A DNA stretch of 31,124 nucleotides, taken from assembly GCA_038240405.1 (NCBI GenBank), contig JBBSDT010000001.1:1-31124 (forward strand). Direction: 5' to 3'. The position numbers were made by a program, and so were the translations under genes. This document shows, in pieces, positions 17,912 through 27,265 of the stretch; position 1 is the stretch's first letter, and every line of letters begins with the position of its first letter. Source of the stretch: Ignavibacteria bacterium (GTDB lineage Bacteria; Bacteroidota; Ignavibacteria; Tepidaquicellales; Tepidaquicellaceae). The notes below the pieces were generated by a model. That model was not told the origin of the DNA. It saw only the letters and a list, made by a program, of their open reading frames with translations, and ran no database searches.

Positions 17912-20392
17912 TTATTTAACAAGCATCATTGACTTCGTATCTTCGTAATCTCCTGCAATCAATCTGTAGAAATATACTCCGCTTGTATATTTTGATGCGT
18001 CGAATGAATACTCGTAGCTCCCTGCCTGAAGCTCCCTATTAATTGCTGAGGAAAGTTCATTACCTAAAACGTCATATATTTTTATTGAAACAAAGCCCTT
18101 CGCTGGTATCTCATATTTAATTGTTGTAGAAGGGTTAAAAGGATTTGGATAATTTTGGAAAAGGGCGAATTTATCCGGAATTTCATTCGCATTTTTAATA
18201 CTAACTATCGTGCTAACATCGAAAGTGAAACATCCCCTGCCGTGTGTGGCCGCAAGAAGTATCTTCGGAACTTCTTTATATTTTAAATCATAAACTTCTA
18301 CATTGGGAAATCCTGTATTGAAAGTAACCCAATTTACTCCTTCATTTGTAGACTGGAAAACTCCCAGATCCGAACCAACGAATATCATGCGCGGAGACGT
18401 CTGTCTTAAAGCAATACTATTAAAACCAATATTTGGAAGATTGCCCGTGATGCTGACCCAGTTTGATCCTCCGTCTGATGTCTTAAATATGTGTCTGTCA
18501 GGAGTAGCTCCGCCGCATGCGGCATAACATATATTATCGTCGTTGAAGTCAACCCAAAGATCGCTTACATAAGGAAATCCTGTATGCAGGGTCCAGTTAG
18601 CTCCGTTGTTTGTCGTAACGCTAATTTTCCCGTTACTTGTCCCGATATATATTTTATCAGGGTCTGTCTTGCTGATTCCGATAGCTGATGCATTTCCTCC
18701 AATCACACCGGATACTGCAATCTGTGTCCATCCGCTCGATGTAGATGCAGTCTGAATAGTCGTAGTTTTCCAAACATCTGCTCTTGCAAATACAACTGTA
18801 TTGTGATCACCGGGAGCCATTTCGTATGGATTATAGAATAAACCGCCGGATGATCCGCTGGGTGTGATATTTGTGAAGCTAACGCCCGAATTTGCCGAGC
18901 GCTGTATTGAGCCATTTACATATTGTCCGTAAACATAATTTGTAGTTACAGGATCTACTATTGTATAACCTCCGTCCCCCGTAGTACGCTGAAGCCATAC
19001 AAATCCGCTGTTTGTAGTAGTTTGCTTATTATTATCCTGACAGCCTCCGTATATCTTTTGAATATTCGTCGGATCATAATCTGCGCTTTCAAACTGCAGG
19101 GTTGAAATTTTTGCATTCAGATCTGTCCAGCTTGTTCCATTGTCCGTCGATTTGTAAACTCCGCCATCAGAACAACAATAAAGAACTGACCCGTGATATG
19201 TAAGATAGTGAACATCAGCATGAGAAAAATTATTCGTATTGCCTGTTGACCATGATGTCTTTTGGGAAAGGGTTACTCCGCCATTTGTCGAAAGATAAAC
19301 ATCCAATCCTGCTGCCAATACACTATTGGGATCACCCGGAACGACTGTTACAGCATTATCGTACCATCCCTGCGAACTCATATAATTAGTTGAGGAATTC
19401 TGAAGGGTCCAGTTATCACCGCCGTTAGTTGTCCTGTATAATCCAAGTAATGCTCCGCTTGTAGAAGCAATGCTTGCATAAATATAATTCGGATTGTCGG
19501 GAGATATTGCAAGCTGAGTGCGTCTTCCGGAAGATATAGTTAATCCATCCGTAAGCAATTGCCAGGTAAGTCCGGCATTTATTGATCTGTATATAAAACT
19601 TTGTCCTGAACCGGATGACGTATACAGGACTGCCGGATTGGAAGGGTTCATTAGCAGAGAGGAGGCATTTATTGTGAGAAAATTTGTCCAGTTAATGCCT
19701 GCATTTGTTGATTTAAAAACTCCGCTACTGCCTGCGCAATAAACATTATTCGAATTAGAAGGATCAATAATTATTTTCGCGATATATGTTCCGATAAAAG
19801 AACTTGTCGCAATTTTATTCCATGATATACCTGCATTTGTTGATTTGTAAATTCCGTCTCCGTACTGGCAGTCTAATGAATAATTCAGCTCACCGGTTCC
19901 GTAATAAAGGATATTCGGATCCGAAGGATCTATTGCAATATCACCGCTTGAAATGGAGCCTAAATTGTCTGTAAGTACAGTCCAGTTTACACCACCATCC
20001 GTTGTTTTCCAGACACCACCCTGAGCAGCGGCAATATAAATTATATTTGGATTTGAAGGATGAAAAGCTATTGAATTCGTTCTTCCGGAGATATAATTAT
20101 TATTTGTAACTCCGTAAAACATTCCCACTGGATTTACACTCATCCAGCTAATTGTCGATGTGATGCTGTTTGAAAGATTTTTATCTTCGGGAATTCCGGA
20201 TTTCTGCATAATCGCCTGTTCATAAGCATTTCGAGGTAAAATTTTACCCGGACCGCCTGCACGTCTTTCATTTATAAACTCTTCCCTCTGAAGAATACTT
20301 TCACTTGATTCGTTTTCTTCTCCATCCTGGCAATAAGAACTTGACAAATAAATGGAAAAGAACATAGCTATTATTAAGAATATGTTTTTCAT
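17912..20392 (-). CDS. Secreted BNR/Asp-box beta-propeller protein with T9SS type A sorting domain
   Basis: Signal peptide, many S/T-x-D/N-x-G-x-x-W repeats, SGRTNSI, HADVH, C-terminal QNYPNPFNP...SGVYFYRL...MMLVK. Confidence 0.88.
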   Translation of the reverse strand: MKNIFLIIAMFFSIYLSSSYCQDGEENESSESILQREEFINERRAGGPGKILPRNAYEQAIMQKSGIPEDKNLSNSITSTISWMSVNPVGMFYGVTNNNYISGRTNSIAFHPSNPNIIYIAAAQGGVWKTTDGGVNWTVLTDNLGSISSGDIAIDPSDPNILYYGTGELNYSLDCQYGDGIYKSTNAGISWNKIATSSFIGTYIAKIIIDPSNSNNVYCAGSSGVFKSTNAGINWTNFLTINASSLLMNPSNPAVLYTSSGSGQSFIYRSINAGLTWQLLTDGLTISSGRRTQLAISPDNPNYIYASIASTSGALLGLYRTTNGGDNWTLQNSSTNYMSSQGWYDNAVTVVPGDPNSVLAAGLDVYLSTNGGVTLSQKTSWSTGNTNNFSHADVHYLTYHGSVLYCCSDGGVYKSTDNGTSWTDLNAKISTLQFESADYDPTNIQKIYGGCQDNNKQTTTNSGFVWLQRTTGDGGYTIVDPVTTNYVYGQYVNGSIQRSANSGVSFTNITPSGSSGGLFYNPYEMAPGDHNTVVFARADVWKTTTIQTASTSSGWTQIAVSGVIGGNASAIGISKTDPDKIYIGTSNGKISVTTNNGANWTLHTGFPYVSDLWVDFNDDNICYAACGGATPDRHIFKTSDGGSNWVSITGNLPNIGFNSIALRQTSPRMIFVGSDLGVFQSTNEGVNWVTFNTGFPNVEVYDLKYKEVPKILLAATHGRGCFTFDVSTIVSIKNANEIPDKFALFQNYPNPFNPSTTIKYEIPAKGFVSIKIYDVLGNELSSAINRELQAGSYEYSFDASKYTSGVYFYRLIAGDYEDTKSMMLVK

Positions 20393-20427
20393 TTTTGAAT
20401 TTTTTTGGATAAATATTATTATTGTAA

Positions 20428-23400
20428 CTAACTTTTATTTTTTTGAAGTTTTTGATGCTTGTGAGCTGAACCGTTTCCGTTAGTGCTGATTTCAAAGACC
20501 GGCAAAGTCAACCGTGGTTTATTTTTAAAGTCCGGAATCTCAACCGGCTTTTTCTTTAGCTGATCTAAAGCTATTTCAATTGCCTTGTCAAGCTGTGTAT
20601 CTTTTCCTTTTACATAATCCTGCGGAGTGATATCAACTTCAATGTCAGGATCAGTTCCGTAATTTTCTACACCCCAGCCAACATCTTTCATATACGTAGC
20701 ATATTCAGGCTGTGAAGTTAAGGTCCCGTCAGCAAGAGCGAGCCGCGGATTAATTCCGATAACTCCGCCCCAGGTTCTCTTACCAACCAATGTGCCGAGT
20801 TTCATTTGTTTAAAATGATGACTGAATATGTCACCATCTGAACCTGCATACTCATCTGTTACAGCAACCATTGGACCGGCAACACTGTGAGACGGATAAG
20901 TACCGACACTTCCATACCGGGATACATCGTATCCATAAAGTCTTCTTGAAAGCTTTTCCAATATTAATTGAGAAACATGACCTCCTCCGTTGTTTCGAAG
21001 ATCGACAATTAAACCTTTTCTGTTTGCCTCATAGATATAATATCTGTGGAATTCCGAAAATCCTCTTGGACCCATATTTGGAATATGAACATATCCGAGA
21101 TTTCCTTTGGATTTTTTGTGAACGTAATCTCTCCGGTTTTCAACCCATTCCCTGTACCGTGCATCAGTATCCGATGAAATTATTTTAATATCATACGAAT
21201 TGACTTTTCCCGAAGCAGAAGACTTCACTGTAATGTTTACGACATTATCTGCCTGGTTAACTAAGAGAGCATTTGGTGAAACTCCTTCATTGAGTGGTTC
21301 TCCGTTAATGGATAAAAGATAGTCACCTTCCTGCACAATAACACTTAAATTTCTCAATGGTGAGTTCCATTTCCACGGATCTCCTTTGACAATGTGAGTT
21401 AATTTGTATGCTCGTTCTTTGAAATCGAATTCAAAATCTGCTCCCAGAGAACCAAGCTTATAGCTAGGTGCAGGTTTATAATCGCCTCCCCATTCATAAG
21501 CGTGTGATGTCCCGAGTTCACCCTGCATCTCCCAGATAAGATCAGAAAACTCGGAGCGTGAAGCAACCTTATCAAGTAAAGGCAAATATCTTTTGTAAAC
21601 AACGTTCCAATCGATTCCCGACATATCCGGTGTCCAGTAGTGTTCTTTTTGAAGTCTCCAGGCTTCCGAATACATCTGTTTCCATTCGCTCACAGGATCC
21701 AGACTCACTTTGACCCGGGAAAGATTGAGCCAGTCGCTTTTGCTGCGGGAATACTCATGAGATTCCCTGCCTCCGTGACCCTCCGAGTGATGTGAATTAT
21801 CTTCGTGATGTGAATTATCTTCCGAAATATCAGACATTAAAAACAATCTATTTTCCATTCTGTAGATCAATGTTTTTCCATCCATTGAAACTTTGAAACT
21901 TGAAAGTTTTTTTGCAACATGTTCGGACTTTTGGTAATTAAAATCGAATCTTTCTAAAGCTTCATCGGAAGGATGTTTCTCCCAATGATTAATTTGAAGT
22001 GACCCTTTAATTGGTTCATGGCTATAAAGCAGCCCGTCCTTAACAGCAGCAATCTGAAAATACTTTTTTTCCGGAAGCGGAAAGGAGATAATTCTGTCTC
22101 CGATATTTTCTAAATCTATTTCAACTTTTACTTCTTTCTTTTTTTCAACGGATGTTTTTTCACTATCCTTTGGAAGTCGCTTCTTTGAAAACAGCCTGCT
22201 GCATTCAGGGGTAAACGGAGAAATCGTATCCTTTTTTAATGAAACCAGATATGGCTTTATTCCTAAGGGGAAGCCCAGCTGGAAGTAACTTGTATCATAA
22301 ACCGGATTAAACTCACGGGCGGACAGAAAATAAATATACCTGCCATCGGGATCAAAAACAGGCTGGTAGTCCCTGAACCCATTCGGTGTTATTTGACTGG
22401 TTTTCCCCGTCTCAAGGTTATATAAAAACAATGAGGCAAGAAATTCTGCATTTGACATGCTGTAAACTATCCACTTTCCATCAGGAGAAAAGTTAAAATC
22501 TTCTATTCTTTCAAATTTGCTTCTTGCAATTTTTGTAAGAGTTTCTTTGTCAGAATCAATTAAGAGCAATTCATACCTGTTATTTGATACTGCAATCTTG
22601 TTTTCTTTTGGAGATACGGTTAATCCGGTCGCTATTCCTATATCAAGATGCTTTAATCGTTTTACAGTCTTTTCGCCCTCTCTAATGGTATGAACTTCTA
22701 TCGCCTCACTTCCCATGTCGTCTGAAACAGTAACAATATTTTTTTTATCCTGAAGCCAGCATGTAAGCCTGTACCTAACTCCATGACTTTTACCAATTTG
22801 CATTACCGGTCCTTCCCAGTTTGAAAAAATAAAAGATTTTCCGCGGGATGTAATAGTTACCGAGCTGCCTCCGGGATTAATATTGTAATCTTCAAAATAT
22901 TTTTCAGTCTCGATAAACTTCCTTTGAAGCTGGATCCTTGGACTGTAATATTGAATTTCAATCTGCCTTTCTTCATTTGATACCGGATCAAACAAAAATA
23001 TTTCTGCGCCCGCGTGATATACAATTTTTTTACCGTCCGAAGTTGCATTCCTGACATAATACTCATTATTCCGCGAATGACTCTTAATATTTTTGCCTTC
23101 AATATTACATGAATATAATTTCCCTATACCTTCATGATCTGAAATAAAATATATCCGGTCACCTAACCACAGCGGACTTGCAAAGTTCCCCTTAATTTTT
23201 TCAAGGAATTTTTCAAACTTTCCGTTACCCTTCCGGTCTATCCAGAAAACTCCAGCTGTGCCTCCTTTATATCTCTTCCATCTTGCAGGGTCCAGTGTAT
23301 TTCTTCCCAGCAATATTTCACTTCCGTGACCGAAAGCGATATTATTTGCCACCCCGTAAGGAAGTTTATCCGGTAATCCGCCATTCAAAGAAATTTTATA

Positions 23401-23751
23401 AATCTCATTCTTGCCGGGGAACGGCTGATTCGCATCACTGGAAAAAATAACATTGGAGCTGTCTTCAGTCCAACCAATTACTTTCGTATTCTTTCCGATA
23501 AAAGTTAATCTTCTGTTGGTACCGCCTTCGGAAGGAATGACATAAACATCCTTTTCACCTTCTTCTTTTCCTGAAAAGGCAATATGTTTTCCATCCGGAG
23601 AAAAATAAGGGTTGGTAACTTCTCCGGAATTTGATGTTAACCTTCTTGCAATACCACCTAAGGATTGAACTTCCCATAAGTCATCTTCACTTACGAATAC
23701 AACTCTTAAGTCGTTAATAGTGGGAAATCTTTTGTAACCTGACTTGTCCAT
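20428..23751 (-). CDS. Tricorn protease (S41 family)
   Basis: FVSEDDLW, ARWKRYKGGTAG, GELGTSH, PDZ GDYLLSING, DLRNNGGG, catalytic GSDGD, TWGG, VENYGTDPD. Confidence 0.95.
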   Translation of the reverse strand: MDKSGYKRFPTINDLRVVFVSEDDLWEVQSLGGIARRLTSNSGEVTNPYFSPDGKHIAFSGKEEGEKDVYVIPSEGGTNRRLTFIGKNTKVIGWTEDSSNVIFSSDANQPFPGKNEIYKISLNGGLPDKLPYGVANNIAFGHGSEILLGRNTLDPARWKRYKGGTAGVFWIDRKGNGKFEKFLEKIKGNFASPLWLGDRIYFISDHEGIGKLYSCNIEGKNIKSHSRNNEYYVRNATSDGKKIVYHAGAEIFLFDPVSNEERQIEIQYYSPRIQLQRKFIETEKYFEDYNINPGGSSVTITSRGKSFIFSNWEGPVMQIGKSHGVRYRLTCWLQDKKNIVTVSDDMGSEAIEVHTIREGEKTVKRLKHLDIGIATGLTVSPKENKIAVSNNRYELLLIDSDKETLTKIARSKFERIEDFNFSPDGKWIVYSMSNAEFLASLFLYNLETGKTSQITPNGFRDYQPVFDPDGRYIYFLSAREFNPVYDTSYFQLGFPLGIKPYLVSLKKDTISPFTPECSRLFSKKRLPKDSEKTSVEKKKEVKVEIDLENIGDRIISFPLPEKKYFQIAAVKDGLLYSHEPIKGSLQINHWEKHPSDEALERFDFNYQKSEHVAKKLSSFKVSMDGKTLIYRMENRLFLMSDISEDNSHHEDNSHHSEGHGGRESHEYSRSKSDWLNLSRVKVSLDPVSEWKQMYSEAWRLQKEHYWTPDMSGIDWNVVYKRYLPLLDKVASRSEFSDLIWEMQGELGTSHAYEWGGDYKPAPSYKLGSLGADFEFDFKERAYKLTHIVKGDPWKWNSPLRNLSVIVQEGDYLLSINGEPLNEGVSPNALLVNQADNVVNITVKSSASGKVNSYDIKIISSDTDARYREWVENRRDYVHKKSKGNLGYVHIPNMGPRGFSEFHRYYIYEANRKGLIVDLRNNGGGHVSQLILEKLSRRLYGYDVSRYGSVGTYPSHSVAGPMVAVTDEYAGSDGDIFSHHFKQMKLGTLVGKRTWGGVIGINPRLALADGTLTSQPEYATYMKDVGWGVENYGTDPDIEVDITPQDYVKGKDTQLDKAIEIALDQLKKKPVEIPDFKNKPRLTLPVFEISTNGNGSAHKHQKLQKNKS
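21787..21822. repeat. 18-bp tandem duplication inside tricorn (EDNSHH x2)
   Basis: GTGATGTGAATTATCTTC at 21787-21804 and 21805-21822. Confidence 0.95.
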
Positions 23752-23915
23752 TTTAAAAATGTTTTATCTGTTAATAAATTTGTTTAAAGGATGTACGGCT
23801 GATTGGGGTCATTGTTGTAATAACTTAACTTATTTATTTTATATAATCTATAAATTTAATTATTGTTATTATCAATCCTGCCGGGTTAAACAAAAACCTC
23901 CGTCTTGTCATCCCC

Positions 23916-24053
23916 GCGAGTATGTCTCAAAAAAGTCTTTGCGAGGAAGTCTTCGGCTGACGAAGCAATCTATAATTTGATTTAAAAAAATGAAAGTTTT
24001 ATTTTCTATTTCTGGAAAGTCCGATGATATTCAGGGTTTTGAGACACACTCGC
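23916..24053. repeat. 138-bp element bounded by 17-bp inverted repeats (MITE/REPIN-like)
   Basis: GCGAGTATGTCTCAAAA (23916-23932) versus TTTTGAGACACACTCGC (24037-24053), 16/17 match; internal CTTCG-GCTGA-CGAAG hairpin. Confidence 0.55.
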
Positions 24054-24153
24054 CGCAATCAATCTTTTTGATATAAAGCCCTCTCATTCTTTTAAAAATT
24101 GTAGAACTGGTCTTGGGAGTGTAAATTTAATTTGTTATTTTTGAAACTATCTA

Positions 24154-24798
24154 ATGTTACAAAAGGTGGATTCGAAAAATAAATTAAAAGAATATACTCC
24201 CGGAACTTCAAGGATAGAAGCATTCAGTGACGGTGTTTTTGCTATTGTGGTAACACTTTTGGTTCTGGAGCTGCGCGTTCCGCAAATGCCTGTAAATTTT
24301 ACTTCGCGGGACATACTGGAACAGCTTCTTAAATTAGGACCTAAGTTCATAAGCTTCGCCTTAAGTTTTGTAGTAGTTGCAATATTCTGGGTAAATCATC
24401 ACCAGCTTTTCCATAGTTTGGCGAAAACTGACCGGGCATTACTCTGGTATAATAACAATTTATTATTCTGGCTTTCATTCGTTCCTTTTCCGACTGCATT
24501 TATAGGGGAATATCCAACAAGCACAGTGCCAGTCATGTTTTATGGATTCGTAATGTTTTGTGCAGGGGTAAGTTTTAATCTTCTTCTAAAGCATGGAATA
24601 AAGGCTGATTTATTTGATCCTGCAATTTCTAAAGAAACAACACAACAGGCAGTAAAAAGAGGGCAACTCGGTCCCGTAATATATTTCATTTCCATTGTTG
24701 GCGCGTTGATTTCGGTTTATATTTCTCTCGCGATTTTCATTCTCGTTCCGGTGTTTTATTTTATACCACAAAAAATAGTTCGTATTGATGATAAGTAA
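24154..24798 (+). CDS. TMEM175 family (DUF1211) potassium channel-like protein
   Basis: RIEAFSDGVFAIVVTLLVL signature, FWVNHH, FVPFPT; about six TM segments. Confidence 0.92.
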   Translation: MLQKVDSKNKLKEYTPGTSRIEAFSDGVFAIVVTLLVLELRVPQMPVNFTSRDILEQLLKLGPKFISFALSFVVVAIFWVNHHQLFHSLAKTDRALLWYNNNLLFWLSFVPFPTAFIGEYPTSTVPVMFYGFVMFCAGVSFNLLLKHGIKADLFDPAISKETTQQAVKRGQLGPVIYFISIVGALISVYISLAIFILVPVFYFIPQKIVRIDDK

Positions 24799-25051
24799 TT
24801 TTTGTTAGTTCCAATACAGGTTAGAAGGGTAGGTACATTTAAAAATGAGTCAATGACTTATATCTTTATCCGTCTGCGTTACATTTAACATCGGGAGGTT
24901 CGATTCCAAATTAACCTGAACTTACTTGTTTTAAACTCGGGTTTTATATATTTTTTTTTAGCCGGATGCAAAATTTATTCGGGTTACTTAAATAACATCC
25001 GGACAACCTTTTGGATTTAACCACTTTGCTTTCTCTATAAATTTTTACAAT

Positions 25052-25924
25052 TTGAATTTAAAACATCATTTAAAAAACCTCAGAGTTACTAAAATATTAT
25101 TATTAACAATATTAAATGTAGTGTTTTATTCAGTCTGCCTTTCCCAGACAAAGCTTCTTTCCCTCAGCGAGCTTCAGAAAAAAAAACTTTTTACTTCGGT
25201 GGAAGATGCTCTTAAGGATCCCGAAAACGTTTACAGACTTAACCTTCATAACTCCGGGCTTATCAATCTTACTCCTGAAATTTCGTTACTTAAGAATCTT
25301 CAGTCTCTGAACATAAGCAATAACCAGTTAACTGAACTTCCTAAAGGAATTTGTGAATTAGAAAAACTCCAATGGCTTAATCTGGAAGGAACCAATATTG
25401 TTAATCTTCCGCCCGAGTTTACAAATCTAAAGAATTTGATTTCACTTAATTTAAATGAGGTGATCTCCATTAATGTAACAGATGCTTTAAATAAAATTTT
25501 CAGAATGCCGAATATAAAAGAGCTGAGCATGAATTCTGTTTTTATGATGTCACTGCCTGCTCAGATTAATAAGTTAAAAAATCTTGAAACATTAAGGCTG
25601 GAAAGATGCGGTCTTGCAGAGATCACTAAAGAAATCGGGTCGTTAAAAAACCTGAAAAATCTTGATTTATCTTTTAATGAATTGACAGAAATTCCTCCTT
25701 CTATAGGAAAACTTAATAAGCTGCAGGAACTGTATGTGGGAGGGAACCGCCTAACGATATTGCCTCCCGAAATTGAAAAACTAAACGAGAATCTGCAGGT
25801 GCTGGGACTTGCTACAGCTGAATCTGAATCTGGAACATTCATGGGAAATCCAATATCAAAAGAAGAAGCAATAAAAATACAAGAATGGCTACCTAACACA
25901 AGGATTATATTTGTTTGGAATTAA
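25052..25924 (+). CDS. Leucine-rich repeat protein, probably secreted
   Basis: About 23-aa LxxLxxLxLxxNxLxxLPxEI repeats; N-cap EDALKDPENVYRLNL; C-cap NPISKEE...WLPNTRIIF; hydrophobic N-terminus. Confidence 0.92.
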   Translation: MNLKHHLKNLRVTKILLLTILNVVFYSVCLSQTKLLSLSELQKKKLFTSVEDALKDPENVYRLNLHNSGLINLTPEISLLKNLQSLNISNNQLTELPKGICELEKLQWLNLEGTNIVNLPPEFTNLKNLISLNLNEVISINVTDALNKIFRMPNIKELSMNSVFMMSLPAQINKLKNLETLRLERCGLAEITKEIGSLKNLKNLDLSFNELTEIPPSIGKLNKLQELYVGGNRLTILPPEIEKLNENLQVLGLATAESESGTFMGNPISKEEAIKIQEWLPNTRIIFVWN

Positions 25925-26098
25925 AATCCCGAAGGATGACATTATATCAAATATATCTTGTCCGGCTTTAGCCGAAATGCTTTTAATTTTCATGGATTTT
26001 AAAGGATTGCACAATCACGATAAAAAAAATTACGTTCATTGCATAAGTAATTCCGAATCATTATTTTACCAAAAAATTTAAACCAGGGGAAAAATTTT

Positions 26099-26509
26099 AT
26101 GAAAAATACTACAAGATCGTTTCTGCTTTCAGCAACACTTTTACTGTCAACTATTCTATTTAGCTGCGGTGGAGCATCTCCCGATTACATGGTATACCAG
26201 AATAAAGTGAATTCACAAATGCTTGACATGATTAACGTTTTAAATGCCGGACACTATAACCAGTTCCTTTCTTCATACGCATCGCCGGCATATATAAATT
26301 CAATGGGCGGTGTAGATAAAGCCCTCCTTCAATTCGGGAATGCAAGGCAGCAGGCTTTATACAAAGCACTTAAATCTGCAGCAAATATTACACCGCTGTA
26401 TGATGATAAAGCTAAAACCCTGACCTACATTTCAACCAATCTTCCGAAGCCAGTTACTTTTAAGCTGGTTAACGGAACATGGTATCTTACAGATGATTGG
26501 TTTAAATAG
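26099..26509 (+). CDS. Hypothetical lipoprotein
   Basis: Basic N-terminus, hydrophobic core, lipobox-like LFS-C. Confidence 0.8.
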   Translation: MKNTTRSFLLSATLLLSTILFSCGGASPDYMVYQNKVNSQMLDMINVLNAGHYNQFLSSYASPAYINSMGGVDKALLQFGNARQQALYKALKSAANITPLYDDKAKTLTYISTNLPKPVTFKLVNGTWYLTDDWFK

Positions 26510-26527
26510 TAGCAAGAAGAAAGAGTT

Positions 26528-27073
26528 GCAAAGGTTCAGGGATCGGAAAAGAAGAAAGTAAAATGCTTTGAAATGTAAATTTCAGGAGTAACATGGGAAG
26601 TTTTATGTAGAGAAATGAAACAAAATGGACTCGCAAAACTTCCGTGATACCGAAAGAAGTAAGTAAAATGCCCTGAAATGAAAATTCTATAGGCAACAAA
26701 GAGAATTTTATAGACAACAAAGAAAACTTTATATAACGGGAAGCAACGAAAATGTGTAGCGAAACTACCTTGATGGAAAGAAAAGAAGCCTTTTTGGGAA
26801 GAAATTTTTGTAAAATCCTTTGCGAACTCTCTTCGAGATGCCGCGAAGTCATCTAAATGAAAATCTGAAATAGCTTTATCAATCCCGAAGTCATCTAAAT
26901 GAAAATCTGAAATACCTTTATCCATCGCGAAGTCATCTAAATGAAAATCTGAAATACCTTTATCACCTGCGAAGTCATCTAAATATAAATCTGAAATACC
27001 TTTATCACCGGCGAAATCATCTAAATCAATCGCGAAATACTTTTTATTAACCGCGAATAGTTATTTAATAGAC
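26528..27073. repeat. Degenerate 21-nt-phased array (26 units) containing four near-identical 42-bp units and a fifth divergent one
   Basis: 42-bp units start at 26843, 26885, 26927, 26969 and 27011 (GCGAAGTCATCTAAATGAAAATCTGAAATACCTTTATC...); upstream sequence stays in 21-nt register; 26528-26582 resembles 26633-26687 (105 bp apart). Confidence 0.85.
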
Positions 27074-27265
27074 GCGAAGTGTTGAAAATGGAGATTTTTG
27101 ATAATAAATATAAAACTTTCAAACAATATATTAGAATGTAATTTCAAAAAAAGAGGAAAGCGCAGCAAAGATAACCTTTCTCCGGAAAAGTTTGTTTCTA
27201 AACCAACTTGTCTGGAATCCATTTCCTTACAATAATGCAATCTAAATTAGGATTGACGCATAATA

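Noticed and set aside
23744-23980. 78-aa ORF in the divergent region
   Set aside because: It overlaps the tricorn start and runs through the repeat element; no protein features.
24880-24920. Intact tRNA gene
   Set aside because: GGTTCGATTCC is present but the T stem has only 2 bp, and no acceptor, D or anticodon arm can be built.
26502-26852. 116-aa minus-strand ORF
   Set aside because: An alternative frame of the periodic array on an A-poor strand; it overlaps the lipoprotein stop.
26843-27052. 42-bp repeats as a CRISPR or TIGR array
   Set aside because: The units are contiguous with no unique spacers, and no cas or Nop-domain gene lies in the window.
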